A stretch of DNA of 63,221 nucleotides, counting the filler, from Bigelowiella natans CCMP2755 (taxonomy: Eukaryota > Protista > Cercozoa), in the NCBI GenBank assembly GCA_000320545.1. It is 12 parts of 12 records of this genome, joined end to end, with 100 filler letters (N's around TTAATTAATTAA, not from the genome) between each part and the next. Parts side by side here need not be neighbours in the genome. Positions count along the whole stretch, not along the records: positions 11,950 to 19,669 come from ADNK01000868.1; positions 19,770 to 32,385 come from ADNK01001233.1; 10 more parts are not named here. The stretch is one strand, 5' to 3'. Numbering within the stretch: position 1 is the stretch's first letter; the number at the start of each line of letters is the position of its first letter. Of the stretch, positions 15,026 to 27,347 are shown in pieces. The position numbers and the translations under genes are program-made. The notes under the pieces were generated by a model, which was not told where the DNA came from, ran no database searches, and saw only the letters and a program-made list of their open reading frames with translations.

Positions 15026-16229
15026 GGTTTATTTGAAACTAAGTGATCGGTGAGTTCAGGAAGTTTAGTGTTAGCAGCTATGAGAAAGTGTTTACAGTAT
15101 TTCACGTGTTTTATGTGGGGGTGTTCTATAGAATAACAAAGAAATCTCCATTAACTATATCATGGTTAGCTTCTACCAGCAGAACGTTGCACCTATCCCA
15201 GAGACACCAGCACTACCACATTTGGGAGGGAGGGAGGGAACCGGAATCGTACCCGTCGTAACTGCAGCAACAGACCTTAACGTCTCGATGTTATTTCTCA
15301 AACAAAAAACCTTGTCGCATGTCAAAAATACCATAGATTTTCACAGATCAATTTGAGGCAGCAAAGTGAGATCCCCAGAGAATCTCCAACATTCTCTTCG
15401 TTCTTAGCCGTTTGTGCCAAATAATCGTTGCTGCGACACGCATCAAAGTATTGTCGCAGGGAAGTATTGACGGTGAGATTCTTTCAGTAGAATTCCTTCT
15501 CTCTCCCCAACTGACCGACGCGATTTCAACGCTCGGATTCAGAAATCAAAACGACACCACTGCCTTCTCATCCTCCACTCCCCCAGAACATGGCTTGCTT
15601 TTTCCATGTATCCTGTCAAGCCTTATTTATTGACTTTACGTGCCAGAGACTGCGTCTCTATGTGTTTTTATATCAGCGATGGTCTAGGTGTGAGCGGACG
15701 ACTCGGCAACTCAAAGGCTGAGCATCACATGGAGGCACAATGTGTGCACGAATTGTTTAGTCATTGCCATGGGTGAGATATAACTGCTACGCGTGTGAGT
15801 ATGCGAAAATGTTAACATCTCTAATGTTAAATGTACATTGTATACACACATGCACAAACATATAGCGCCCACATGTCTAAATGCGTGTTTGTTTGAGCCG
15901 CCAGACTAGATGAAGACTAGCAGAGCGAAGATAGATCTTTCCATTGGAGTTACTAGAGGTATAGGTTTGTGGAGCAGCTAGATGCTCATTATCACGTCAT
16001 TTGAAGAGTTTATTAGCGGATAGCCAAGGTGTTTTATTTGCACAGGTTGCTATGTCTGTTGCGCACATGCATGCATGCTAGCATGCTGGCACTTGCTAGC
16101 TTGCACCAGCAGAGACATTTATGTATCACAACACACAAGTGTACTGTAGTCCTTCTTTGACGATATAAATGAGATTTTGCCACGCACTGCTAAATTCATT
16201 ACTCCCTTCATTTAATATTTCCAATTATA

Positions 16230-18242
16230 TCATAGATCGAGGATGCTGCTACCCTTTCTAGCTCTGGCCTCACTAGGAGACAGACCATCCGTTTCCTCTC
16301 CCTTGCTCTCTTTCCCTACTGCTCCTCCTCCTGCCCTATTCAGCTGACTCCTGCTGCCCTGAGACGAAATTAATTTTGATGCCTCGCGGTGTGGCGGTGG
16401 GGGTGGGGGTGGAGATTGCGGTGTATTTGGTATCGAGGTTTTGGTAGTTACACCGCTATCTGAAGCTTTTCCATTGCTGTTACGACTCCTACTACTGCTC
16501 TGAACTCTATCAATATTGCTCATACTCAGCTTGAAATTGTCTACTATTCTATATGCGCTTTTCGATCTTTGATGCTGTTTCGATGGACCATCTGATAGGA
16601 AATACATGCAAACATACACATATTTACACGATATACCCATCTTTCTGAACATCAACAAGCTGCAGAAACAGAGGCAGAGAAAGAGGAATAGGGAAAAACG
16701 AATAGAATAGTGCGTATATCATATGTGTTAGGCTAAAAGAAAGTAGGAAGAAGGAGATTTGAACATCTTGATTGTGTTTGCAATTTAGGATTAATTGGTA
16801 AGGAAGAGTAGTACCCAGCTGAGATGACTTTGGCGATTTTGTTTTCTGCGTGAACATTATCAAATAAAGTAGCATCATCATTACAGATCCCGAATACTAA
16901 TATTTTGTGCCATTCTACATCGATCCAAAACTGTAATCATCGAGCAAAGACACATAATAACCATAACAAAATTGGCAGTTTGAAGTGATGATCATCATCG
17001 TCATCATCATCGTATAATACACCTGTTGTCATTACCTTGGTTTTTATTTTGGTGTCGAAAAGGAGACAAAAGTCCATAATCCTGGGAATCCCTGGAGAAG
17101 GAGGAGGAGGAGGAGGAGGAGGAGGAAAGAGGGCATGGATGATGAGTAACCATGCATAGCAACATCGAAGAATGGACAAGACTAAAACGAAAAGAACAAC
17201 TATTTAATGTAAATGCCAGTGTGATATCTTCCATGAAATGACGATACTGACCAGCTGAAGTAAACTCCAAATCAAGGCCAATCACCCCTCCATTACAAAG
17301 CTGTGGCGCCGATGACAACGATGACCAGTAAATTATGATATCAGTTAAGAGAATTAAATACCAATGAAAATTTCCATATTATGCTTCTTTCGGAAAAACG
17401 ATCATTAGACACATGTGCCTTCGAGCAGCTTCTCCACAAATCTTAGCTAGTCGTTGATTCTCTCTAATACTATTTTCATGAGGTGGTTTATGCTATTCAT
17501 TCTTGGACGAATAGTACGTCATCTTTGTCATCACCACTACCACACCCCTCCCCATTATTGTTTGGAAACTCCCATCCCATTCATTATTATAACCAACCAA
17601 GTCTCGTTGGAGGCTTTCTGAGAGCTCTGGTTGGCTGCCTGCTCCTTCCTTGCATATAAACCTAGCAGAGTGAGCAGTAGTAGTAATGAGTAGCTGTACA
17701 CCACATGGTACATCGTCATCATCATCATCATCATCATCATCGAGCATCGACTGACCTCTTGAAGAAAGCCCTGATGAAGTGCGAATGTGACGTAACCACT
17801 ATCGACGTTGACCTCATGAATCTTACCGGCATCACGACAGTGGCAGGAAATGGGGAGAAGGGGAAAATAATCGTGAGGGGAACTCTTTTAGCTGTATGGT
17901 CTTCCATCGATTTGCTATCATCATCATCATCAGCACCACCACAACCACCACCATCATCATGTTAGGTCGCAGGGCATCGTACCCTAGATGTTTGGCAAGG
18001 TTATCCAGTCGCTCATTGAATGCATCCGCTAAAATATGAATCAATATTAACGACGAGATTGAGGGTGACGATGATCGATTAACACGGTTGTTCCGTATAA
18101 ATACAAGCAAAGCATACACGCACAGCAAACATACTCATTTGGGCGATCAAGCGCACAAACTATAGTTGCAGGCATATTAGAGGAGAGTAAGCTTGCATTC
18201 ATTATACCACGTAATCAACCTCTCCCTTTCTTCGTCTTCCTC

Positions 18243-18283
<41 letters not shown>

Positions 18284-18342
18284 TTTCAAGCTCGAATCAC
18301 AACATTTGGAATCTAACACCCTTTTTCCACGTCATCGTCCTT

Positions 18343-18374
<32 letters not shown>

Positions 18375-18495
18375 TGGACACCACTACTACTACTACTTCT
18401 ACTACTACTACTGCTGCTGCTGCTACCACTCTCCGCGTTGCTGTTCCACCAGATCTGAGTGCAGTCGTTTATATTGATCCCGACTCTAATGTAGG

Positions 18496-18540
<45 letters not shown>

Positions 18541-18752
18541 ACTCAAAAAAAGATGAAACAATACTGAATAGCAGAAGGAGTAATCGGAGAGAAAGCTGTG
18601 GTTGTAGTCGTCGCCTTCTCCCACGACTACTACTACTACTACTACTACTACAACTACCTTTTGATCTCTTCCGGTACTTCTTTTTGCGGCGTGTTCTTGA
18701 ATTGTCTTTGCAGCTCATTTCTGGATGATGGTGGGTGATGATGACGACGATA

Positions 18753-18784
<32 letters not shown>

Positions 18785-19669
18785 CATGATGATGAAAATG
18801 ATAGTATTGCAAATGATGCTGACGATGGGTATTTACATAGATGCCGATAAGTAATATACTGAGGACTACTCCACAAATGATCCTCATCATCATGATCATC
18901 ATCAAAACTATCTACATACAGGGCTCTGTCAATAATTTCTTGTCCCAGCGCTTGGCCTGAACAACACCACCACAAACACAAACATAAGCACGATAATACA
19001 CACCGCAACTATTTTCACGACTTTTAAATTTTAGTTTTTCGTTTGCAACCCCCTCCGGAATTCTAGATTATTTATCGTAGGAACGAAGAATGCTATCTGT
19101 GTGTACTGCTGCGGCTTTTGACCTATTTTCTAACAGTGATGGTGCTCACATCTGACACATACTCCTCCTCCTACTACATCCCATGAGCTAGAAGCAAACT
19201 GACCGTTGTATTAGTAATATAATACTATTACCTTGTGTGTCTCTGCCACCAAGGTTTCTCTTCTCTCTATGAAAAAGAAATCATGATCAAGAATGGGTGA
19301 ATGGTTATGCGAATTAGTAATTAGAAATTAGTCAGTAGTTGTAGTAGTAGTAGTAGCAGCAGCAGCAGCTTCGAGCAACATCAAAGCAATACCTCGCATC
19401 GGCAACCAGGGTTAGCACATTTGGGCGTTTGCTGTAAAATATGGGTGGATTGTTATCACATCGATGGTAGAAGCAACAAGTGTGTTACCGAAGCTGTTTA
19501 AAAAGGAGGGGAGGGGAGGAAACCGCATTTACAAACACCAATCGCATATCACCTCCCCCCCCCCCTCCAAACCTCACACAAGAAACGCAGATGTATCACT
19601 ACCTTCGTATGGTGTGTGGATGGAGTGCCAGCGCAACCATGGCCGTCTCGAAGTGCACGTGTGAGCGGT
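16230..19669 (-). CDS. Histidine phosphatase (phosphoglycerate mutase-like) family protein, 5' truncated
   Basis: Exons give PLTRAL(ET)AMVAL, DAREKRNLGGRDTQG, AFNERLDNLAKHL, SIVVTSHSHFIRAFFK and LCNGGVIGLDL, matching the SPLxRAxxT, xRE, and second-His motifs. The RHG motif would lie in the gap. There is an apparent +1 frameshift at ~19650 and a low-complexity tail ending at 16230. Confidence 0.65.
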
Positions 19670-19820
19670 NNNNNNNNNNNNNNNNNNNNNNNNNNNNNNN
19701 NNNNNNNNNNNNNTTAATTAATTAANNNNNNNNNNNNNNNNNNNNNNNNNNNNNNNNNNNNNNNNNNNNTCCCCCCCCCCCCCCTCCCCCCTCTCTTTCT
19801 CTTCTCCGGAGTGATCATAC

Positions 19821-20173
19821 CCTTTCACGTTCATGCCGACGTTATCCCCTGGGAAAAACAATACGATAATAATATCAGAGGGGCAAATCGTTTATGCTGC
19901 ACAAAGTTGCACGGAAAGAGATTAGGAGAAAACTAGCACTGGCATCATCACCATCATCATCACCATCGTCGTCGTCGTCATCATCATGCTCTGTAGTAAT
20001 ACCTGGCTGCGCTTCCTGTACCCTCTTGTGGTGCATCTCGATGGAGAAGACCTTCCCCGTGCACGGGTTGTTCGGCGTGTGAGTGGGGAGGAAGGTGACG
20101 TCAGCCTCATTCTTCAAAACACCTGCGGGGGTGGTGGTGGTGGTGGTGGCGGTGGAAAAAAATGATGATCATG

Positions 20174-20212
<39 letters not shown>

Positions 20213-23200
20213 GTGTGTGTGTGGGGTTGCGTGCGTGCAAGCCCGCATGCGGGTACAATAGATTTGGGTATTGGCTATCACAACTCAAAATTGCAAGATA
20301 AGACCATTATCACCACCACCGACAGCAACCAAATTGAACCGAATTCAACAAGGACGACGGAAAATCCCTGGGGGAAGCATCGGTGTATCGATCTGCGCGA
20401 GAGCGCGGCTGGCATGGGATTGCACGCGTTTGCGCAATTCTCTTCCTCGCCGTTGTCAATAATCGCTATCATCACCTTGCTCCACCCTCCCCGCAAGCAC
20501 GTCTCCCACTCCTTTGATGCGATAAACCTGACGAAATTTGAGAAAATAATGAAGTCGAAGAAGGGGAGGGAGGGGAGGGGGGGGGGGGGAGAACTGGACA
20601 CTACATCTACCCACCCCGGCGATTGGCAATCGAAGAGGAGCATCCTTCTTACGTTCTGGAGGCTGCACCATGTCGTTTAGGCAGTCCAACCTATAAACAT
20701 AATAGGAGGAGGAGGAGGAAGAAGAATTTAAATATCAATATATGTATATATTATTTTCCGTTTTTCAGAGAGGATTGATCGCGATGATGCCATAGAACCC
20801 AACCCCATCGTTTTCCCTCAAAAATTTCAAAGCCTCCCCCCTTTGCACGCCCCCTCACCCTTCCGTTTTCCATGGAAGAAAAACAAATCTAAATGCGCTT
20901 CTCCTAGTAAACGACAACGATCGTTCGATCGTCGTCGTCATCGTGGTTGGTGAAATATCGTTTATTATCTTCCTCCGGTAGTGGACTGACAATGTGTTGA
21001 TGTGTAGTTTCTTTCCATAGACGGTCTCGAGGTCTGCCCCCTTCCACCTTCATCATTAATTCATCCGTTAGTCAGTGCGCGTTGAGTGCGACGGTGACCC
21101 GCATCGTCATCATCGTCATCATCGTCACCGCTCTCGTCTCATACATTCATCATGACCACGAAATAGGTAGTAAAACCAACTGGGCAAGTGCAGATGTATG
21201 TAGCGATGAAGCCCACGACGTGGCTACTGCTACTGCTACTGCTACTGCTTCTAATACCACTCCATATTCTCCGACTTTTTGAGAAGGTTATCTCCATTCC
21301 AGCCGGATAAAGGGATGAACGGCACCGATTTGTCAAGAAAGTCCTGTATATTCGCACATTATGAGCATGGGAAGGCAGAAATGAGGCGACGTTAATCACT
21401 TACACGACAACAAAGGTCGCTTGCTATTTATCCTCTAGCCTCCCCCCCTCTCCCCGCAGCCCTCTCTTCTTCTTCGTTTCTCACTTGCTCTCTTGTTACC
21501 CGAATTGTAGTACTAATATGACCGCATTGTCTCGGATGCTCGTCGAATTATTAGATCAAAAGAGGCAATTCTAGCTCCCCCCCCCCCCCTTCCATACACA
21601 CACACACACAAAACTTAACCGTCATTTCACAACCTTCTTCCAACCAACTTTGGCGAGGCAAGCTTTGAGCTCCTTCAAAATCTCATTGTATCGTTCCTCT
21701 TTGTACCTACCAGGAATGATGAGTGTGAGCGGGCTGGTGTCAATCTGTTCACACATGCAAGATCCTTGGTAAATGGTAAATGTAGTCAAATCGGAGGGAG
21801 GGAGAGAGCAACATAGTGCAGGCAGAAGATGATGCAGCAGCAGCAGCTATTTACTTGGCTTGGTCACAGTCCATTTTGTTAAGACAGCAGATGAGCTGCT
21901 TCACACCGAGGAGGTTTAGCAATCGAGCATGGTGGCGCGTCTGTCCTTGCACCTCGCCCACCTAGTTTATGGTTGAAAACGGCACTTTCAGCACTGCGGA
22001 TGCATGGAAAGAGGAAGAAGAAGAAGAAGAAGAAGAAGAAGAAGAAGAAAAAGAATAGCAGCGAAGGAGAACGATCCGCTTTCTCGAAATAAAGCCCACC
22101 GCCTGGTTATGCGATTACTGCTGCTACTGCTCCTCCTACATACTTGCGTCGTACTACCTACCTACCTACCTACCTACCTACCTACCTATCTACCTACCTT
22201 GTGATTTCCTTTCTGGATTGCAGTCCAGGCGTTCCCATCTGCGGGAAGCATCAAGACCGCGCAATCGGCCTGCGCAGCTCCTGATCACAGAAAATTGAGA
22301 ATGCAAGAAAAGGTCGAGTGTCTCAGGGTGATGGGGCGACGGAAACACGTGAAGATTTTAAGCTCCCCCGCTCTACCCCCCCTATCGTTTTTGCTTTACT
22401 CAAAAGGGACCTGAGATCATATTCTTGATGAAATCTCTGTGACCAGGTGCGTCGATGATGGTGTAGTGCCAGTTCTGATGGAAAGTTTAATCATCATCCC
22501 AGATATTCATATACATATACAATATACATATATACTACCACATAAACAGTGGTGCTCTAGCGCGGCGGCAAGCATCGAATGAGCTACCTTAGTGAAGAAC
22601 TCCTTCGTGGCGCAGGTGATAGTGACACCTCTCTCACGCTCCTCCTTTTGTCGATCCATATAGAATGCGAACAGAAAAGTTTCCTTGTTCAAAGCCTTCG
22701 CTTCGGTTTTCAGCCGCTCAATCTGCGTTCCAACAACGAAAGCAAGAGGGATGGAGGGGGGAGGAAGGGGAGGGGAGGATGGAGGGGGTCTTCGCTTAAA
22801 ACAGAATGGAGGCATGTATAGGTGAGACGAAGGACACCAGCTAAACCCAAAATTAGGGTGATAGATAGAATTCATTCATCATAATTATCCCTATTCACCT
22901 CACCTCTCGCTCGTCGATGCCCCCCAACTCGAACAGCAGCCTCCCAGTCGTTGTACTCTTCCCGCTATCGACATGTCCACAGATCACAACCGACAAATGC
23001 GGCTTCATAGGGTCAGCATCGCCAGCGGCTTCAGCATCAGCTCCACCGATAAGCTGTCTCAAATTTCGATGCGTTCGTGCTGCGAGGTTGTGCCTGCTCT
23101 CTAGAACTGGCCTCCTCATACCAAGTGCAAAGTTGGTAGGGGACTCCTCTGCTGCAGGCGACCCGCCAAGAGAGGGTTGCTGGCGAGCAGTATGATGGGA

Positions 23201-23296
23201 GAGTACAAGTAGCATGGATATGGTTGCGACGGCTAAAGCCACGCGCCACAGGCGCACGCCGCCGTGGTTCATCAATGGCAAAGGAAGTTGCGCCAT
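19821..23296 (-). CDS. EFL: Elongation factor-like GTPase EFL with N-terminal bipartite leader, 3' truncated
   Basis: EFL-type (not EF-1alpha) motifs: [126 protein letters not shown]. About 96 extra aa precede MKPHL. Confidence 0.95.
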
Positions 23297-24179
23297 TGTT
23301 TGGGATTGGGATCGGACCTTGTGCCGATGCTGTGGGATTTTCACGCGGAGATTGAGAGAGGCCGTATCATCAGATATTCTCGAGAGATTCACGGAGTTCC
23401 TACCGGAGAAAGAAATCGAAACTCCTCCGAAAATATCATTAAATCACCTCGTATCGAGTGTAGAAGACAAGGATCCGTCTGTCTTTCGCTACAAAATAGA
23501 ATTAAATCTTAACGCCCTTCGTTGTAAAACCAGGAAAGCCGTATTGTACTGAAATTTTCATCGAGCGTCAAATAAAGAAAATCATTTCGCCCCAACGCAG
23601 GGATCCAGACTGCTTTCTCAAAAATGCCATCGATCATTTACCGAAACCGAGTGAGCGAACAAGTCGTCACCAGGTGATGGAGCCCAAATCGATTTGATCG
23701 TCATCGACCGAAAGGATCGGGGAAGTTTCTCGCGGGAAGCTTTCACCAGTTTCCCTCGTTAATTATTGTGAAGAATACATGAGAATAATGCTCTACGACA
23801 TAGAATTATCTTAACCGGAAGACAACGGTTTCCCCGCCCCTCGAACGTGCACCGTTAGTTACATGTCGGCGGGCAGGCATTTAGGTGAGTTCCTTGCCAC
23901 TTCCTCTGCTACAGAGGAGTCTGGATTCTCCGCCCAGCCTTTTTTCTTCAGCCCATCTCTCTTCCTCTTCTCACCCTCTCTATCACTGCATCGTTAGGAT
24001 AAATACATCTCCCCGCTCAGGAGAAAGGATGGAATCGTACAGCGAGTAGTCTCTCTTCCCACGCCCAAAAAAGGTGGCAATGCAACTATCGCAGATTCGC
24101 TCCACTGCGCGAAATCGGTTACTGAGGGAAGCAATTTGTGCTGTTTTTCTTTTCCACAGCTCTTCATATTGACGGTAGG
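23297..24179. promoter_or_regulatory. Divergent promoter/5' UTR region EFL / CCDC61
   Basis: Lies between the divergent starts of EFL (-) and CCDC61 (+). It may include a short first CCDC61 exon near 23862-23884 (ATG...tttag|gtgag). Confidence 0.4.
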
Positions 24180-24949
24180 ATGCTCAATCACGAGACCATA
24201 CAGTACAACCAGAGCGTGGTGCTCCGATTCCATGACCAGGAGTACATCATGCACGGCTTCATAGACGAGAAAGGGGACCTCGTCATCGAGGCGGAGCAGA
24301 AGCAGACACATTCTAGATGGTTTGGGATATGGTCCCCAAAAGGTTGGCTTGCTACACGCAGATGCTTCCCATATTTTTTTGAAATTGTTGTCCATTTATT
24401 CTCTCATATACGTGATGTGTGGTGGGTTCGCAGCTTTGGAGGAACTCACGCGGAAAACGGGGAATTTCAAGCACTTCCCTGTTTTCGTGAAGATGCTTTC
24501 GAAGGCCTTCGCAAAAGACAGTGAAAACGTGTTCGTGGAACTCCTCACTTACCAAGATCTGGAGAGCTTGCAACAGCGGAAAAAGGGTGTCGTCTCACCA
24601 ACGCACACAAACCAAAACTACTCTGATTAATGTAGAAAGTGTGCTTGAAATACTGGTTTGAGGATGCAACGAAGTTCATATAAGAGAGCAATTCATCGGT
24701 GTTCACGTTTTCATTCCGGACTGTATTTTGAAAGTGGTGTGGACACGCTGATTACTGATTTTCTTCTCTCTTCTTCATGTCGCCCGCAGAGAATCGCGGT
24801 GAAACATCTTCCAGGAGTTCGCGCAGCCGTTCAAAATCGAACAAACGCTACCTGATTCTTACATACATCATGGAGTTTGACAAGTAAACATGAGAAACAC
24901 GAGATTTGCTCACACATGCAGCATCAGTGACAATATAATATTTATGTAC

Positions 24950-24990
<41 letters not shown>

Positions 24991-26866
24991 TATCAGAGGA
25001 GAGAGAGAGAAAAAGAGAGTGAGAGAGAGAGAACATCCTTGAAATGCTTGAACTAAGCATCATGATCTGTGCTTTCAGAGTGCATTATCCTCTGCGTCTG
25101 AAGTACGACGAGAACCCTGACCCTAAAAGACTCATTCGGACCATAGCGCGCCTACGGGACGAATTATCGGTGATGATTGATCCATTTCCGTGGAAAAATT
25201 GTTGAGCATTGCCAAGCTAAATGTGGCGCATCGTACTCTCTTTGTGTTGTGCGTGTGGGGTTGCGCGCTATAGGCTTCTCAGGAGGCCAGGGCCTCCCAG
25301 CCATCACACGCCAAACTCAAGGCGGAGATGTTGAAGGTCCAGCAAGAGAACGAAAAACTGAAGAGCCTAATGAACAAGTAAGCAGCCGACTAAAACTAAA
25401 TCTGACGCAAAAAAAGTCGGAAAGGGGGGGGAGGGGGGGAGGGGCACATATAGGGAGAACGCAAAATGAATCTAATCTCCTAATTTCCATGAACATTGGT
25501 CTTATGTAGGCAGTCTAATAGTGAGCAAAAAAGCGCTGATGAGAAACTCTTGGTGTCGTTGGAGGAGGAGGTTCTGCGTTTGAGAGACAATTTAGCTAAA
25601 CGGGACGTGCTCATCAAGACTCTTTCCAAAAATGATCCCGGTGATATCACAACATCAACACTGTTCGTTTCATAGCACATAGATCTGCCTCGCGCTCATA
25701 ATTGTTTCATACTTTGAGCTGGTCGCCCTAAGGAAAATGCTACCATCATCATCATCACCATCATCATCATCGTTTTTCAGAGCAAGAGAAAACCAAGAGC
25801 CGCGCGATGGAAAAGCGTGTGGTGGAACTGGAGGATGAACTTGAGCACAACGTGCAGAAATACACCAAGAGGATCTCAAAGCTCCAGGTTCTGCAACAGT
25901 AGCAGTGTAATAGTAGTAGCAGTAGTACCTTTGTTGCAGAGAGATCCAGTCAACAACGACAACGCACCCTTGAGCATCGTGAGATCCGCATCTTGTGCAT
26001 CACCGTTGCAACAGATAAGCCTCCATAAAACGCCACCACCAGCCACGCACTGAATAATGATTAAATCGACCGATTTCTTGGAACGCACTCAGGCATCTCT
26101 GAAGAACGCGCACAAGGAGATCGAGAGCTCGAGGGCAACGGAGAAGAGGTATCGTCTGCAGGTGCGAAAACTGAAAGCAGAGCTCCGCGCGCTAGGGCGA
26201 TCAACTAGCAGAAGGAGAGTGTCCACACCCACAAGGCAAAAACCTAGCAGCAGCCGTGTCGGTAGTAGAGATAGAAGGAGAAGCAGCGTGACAAGGCCTT
26301 CGTCCAGCCCGTACGCGCCGTCGCGCTATCGCTTGAAGTCACGATCATCGAGTTTCGGGCGCTTGTCGCCAAAGAAAAGGGGGTCGTCTCGGCCAAGCTC
26401 TAGACCATCATCTCGACCCAACTCGCAAGGCAGCGGAAGGTCAAGAGGGTTCTCCTTCGGAACATCCTCTCGATTTGGCTACTCACGCCGCCCATTGTCA
26501 CGGCCTGGATCCCAAAGATCTTCCCGGCGCTCCTCTCGGAATAACTCGAGAACCGCGTCTCCGAGGACGAGGCATAGCTCCACGGAGGCGAAGAAGAAGA
26601 GCAAGTCAGAGCGTCGAGGATCGATGAGAAGCTCCTCGCGGAGCAACAGTAAGCAGCGCGGGTCCAGTAGCAGAGGGAGTTCGCGCGAGAAAAAGAAGCA
26701 GGTCATCAAATTGCCTAAGTTGAAAATAGATCGGGCGGCAGAGCATAGTGATTCAGATTGGGAGCAGACTCGAGCGAAGAAGCTCTCCGCCATCGACCAC
26801 AGGATAAGTGAGCTTCAAACTTTTTTAAAGAACGTAAGGAGCGGGCAGGAAAACGACGAAAGATAG
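24180..26866 (+). CDS. CCDC61: CCDC61/VFL3 (SAS-6 paralogue head + coiled coil + basic tail)
   Basis: Exons give LVIEAEQKQTHSRWFGIWSPK|ALEELTRKTGNFKHFPVFVKML..VELLTYQDLESL..|KRYLILTY.MEFDK|VHYPLRLKY, which are CCDC61 signatures. Coiled-coil exons and an R/S-rich final exon ending IDHRISELQTFLK..* follow. Confidence 0.88.
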
Positions 26867-27063
26867 TATAAATTTATTGACCTGCATGCTACTGCTAGCT
26901 TCTGCGAGGCTCTTGATCATAATTAACGTACACATGGACGGGGAAAGAAGTAAGACGACGAGCGAGATGGCAAATTGGTTTACATCGTAATGCGCGGCGC
27001 CAATCATGTGCTGCAGCTATGTACATCATCATGTCGTGGCTGTGCGCACAACCCTGCATGAGA

Positions 27064-27105
27064 CGGATGTAATGAAATGATCATTTTTTTTCAATTGTCA
27101 TCCTA
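27064..27105. repeat. Dispersed ~42-bp imperfect hairpin element, copy 1
   Basis: Shares CGGATGTAA and an exact 21-mer (T7CAATTGTCATCCTA) with 53664-53706. Confidence 0.7.
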
Positions 27106-27347
27106 ATAATCATGATGTAGTTACTGCATGCAGAGCGGCCGCAACAGCGGTGACATAGCTATATGTAGCATTACTAACACGGCGAAAATGAATGCATGCA
27201 TATACGTGAGCGCATGCATGATTACACATAGTGTATTAGTATGCATGAACAAGCGGCCTATATCCTATATCTGACAGATCTAGAGATGGATGTTAGTCAT
27301 AATAATTAACACAATCTCGATGCAATCCGCATGCATCATCTTTCTTA

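Noticed and set aside
18784-19008. ORF with an apparent Cys-rich signal peptide (MRCVLSCLCLCLWWCC)
   Set aside because: Non-ATG start. The hydrophobic part is GT-rich intron upstream of a phosphatase exon.
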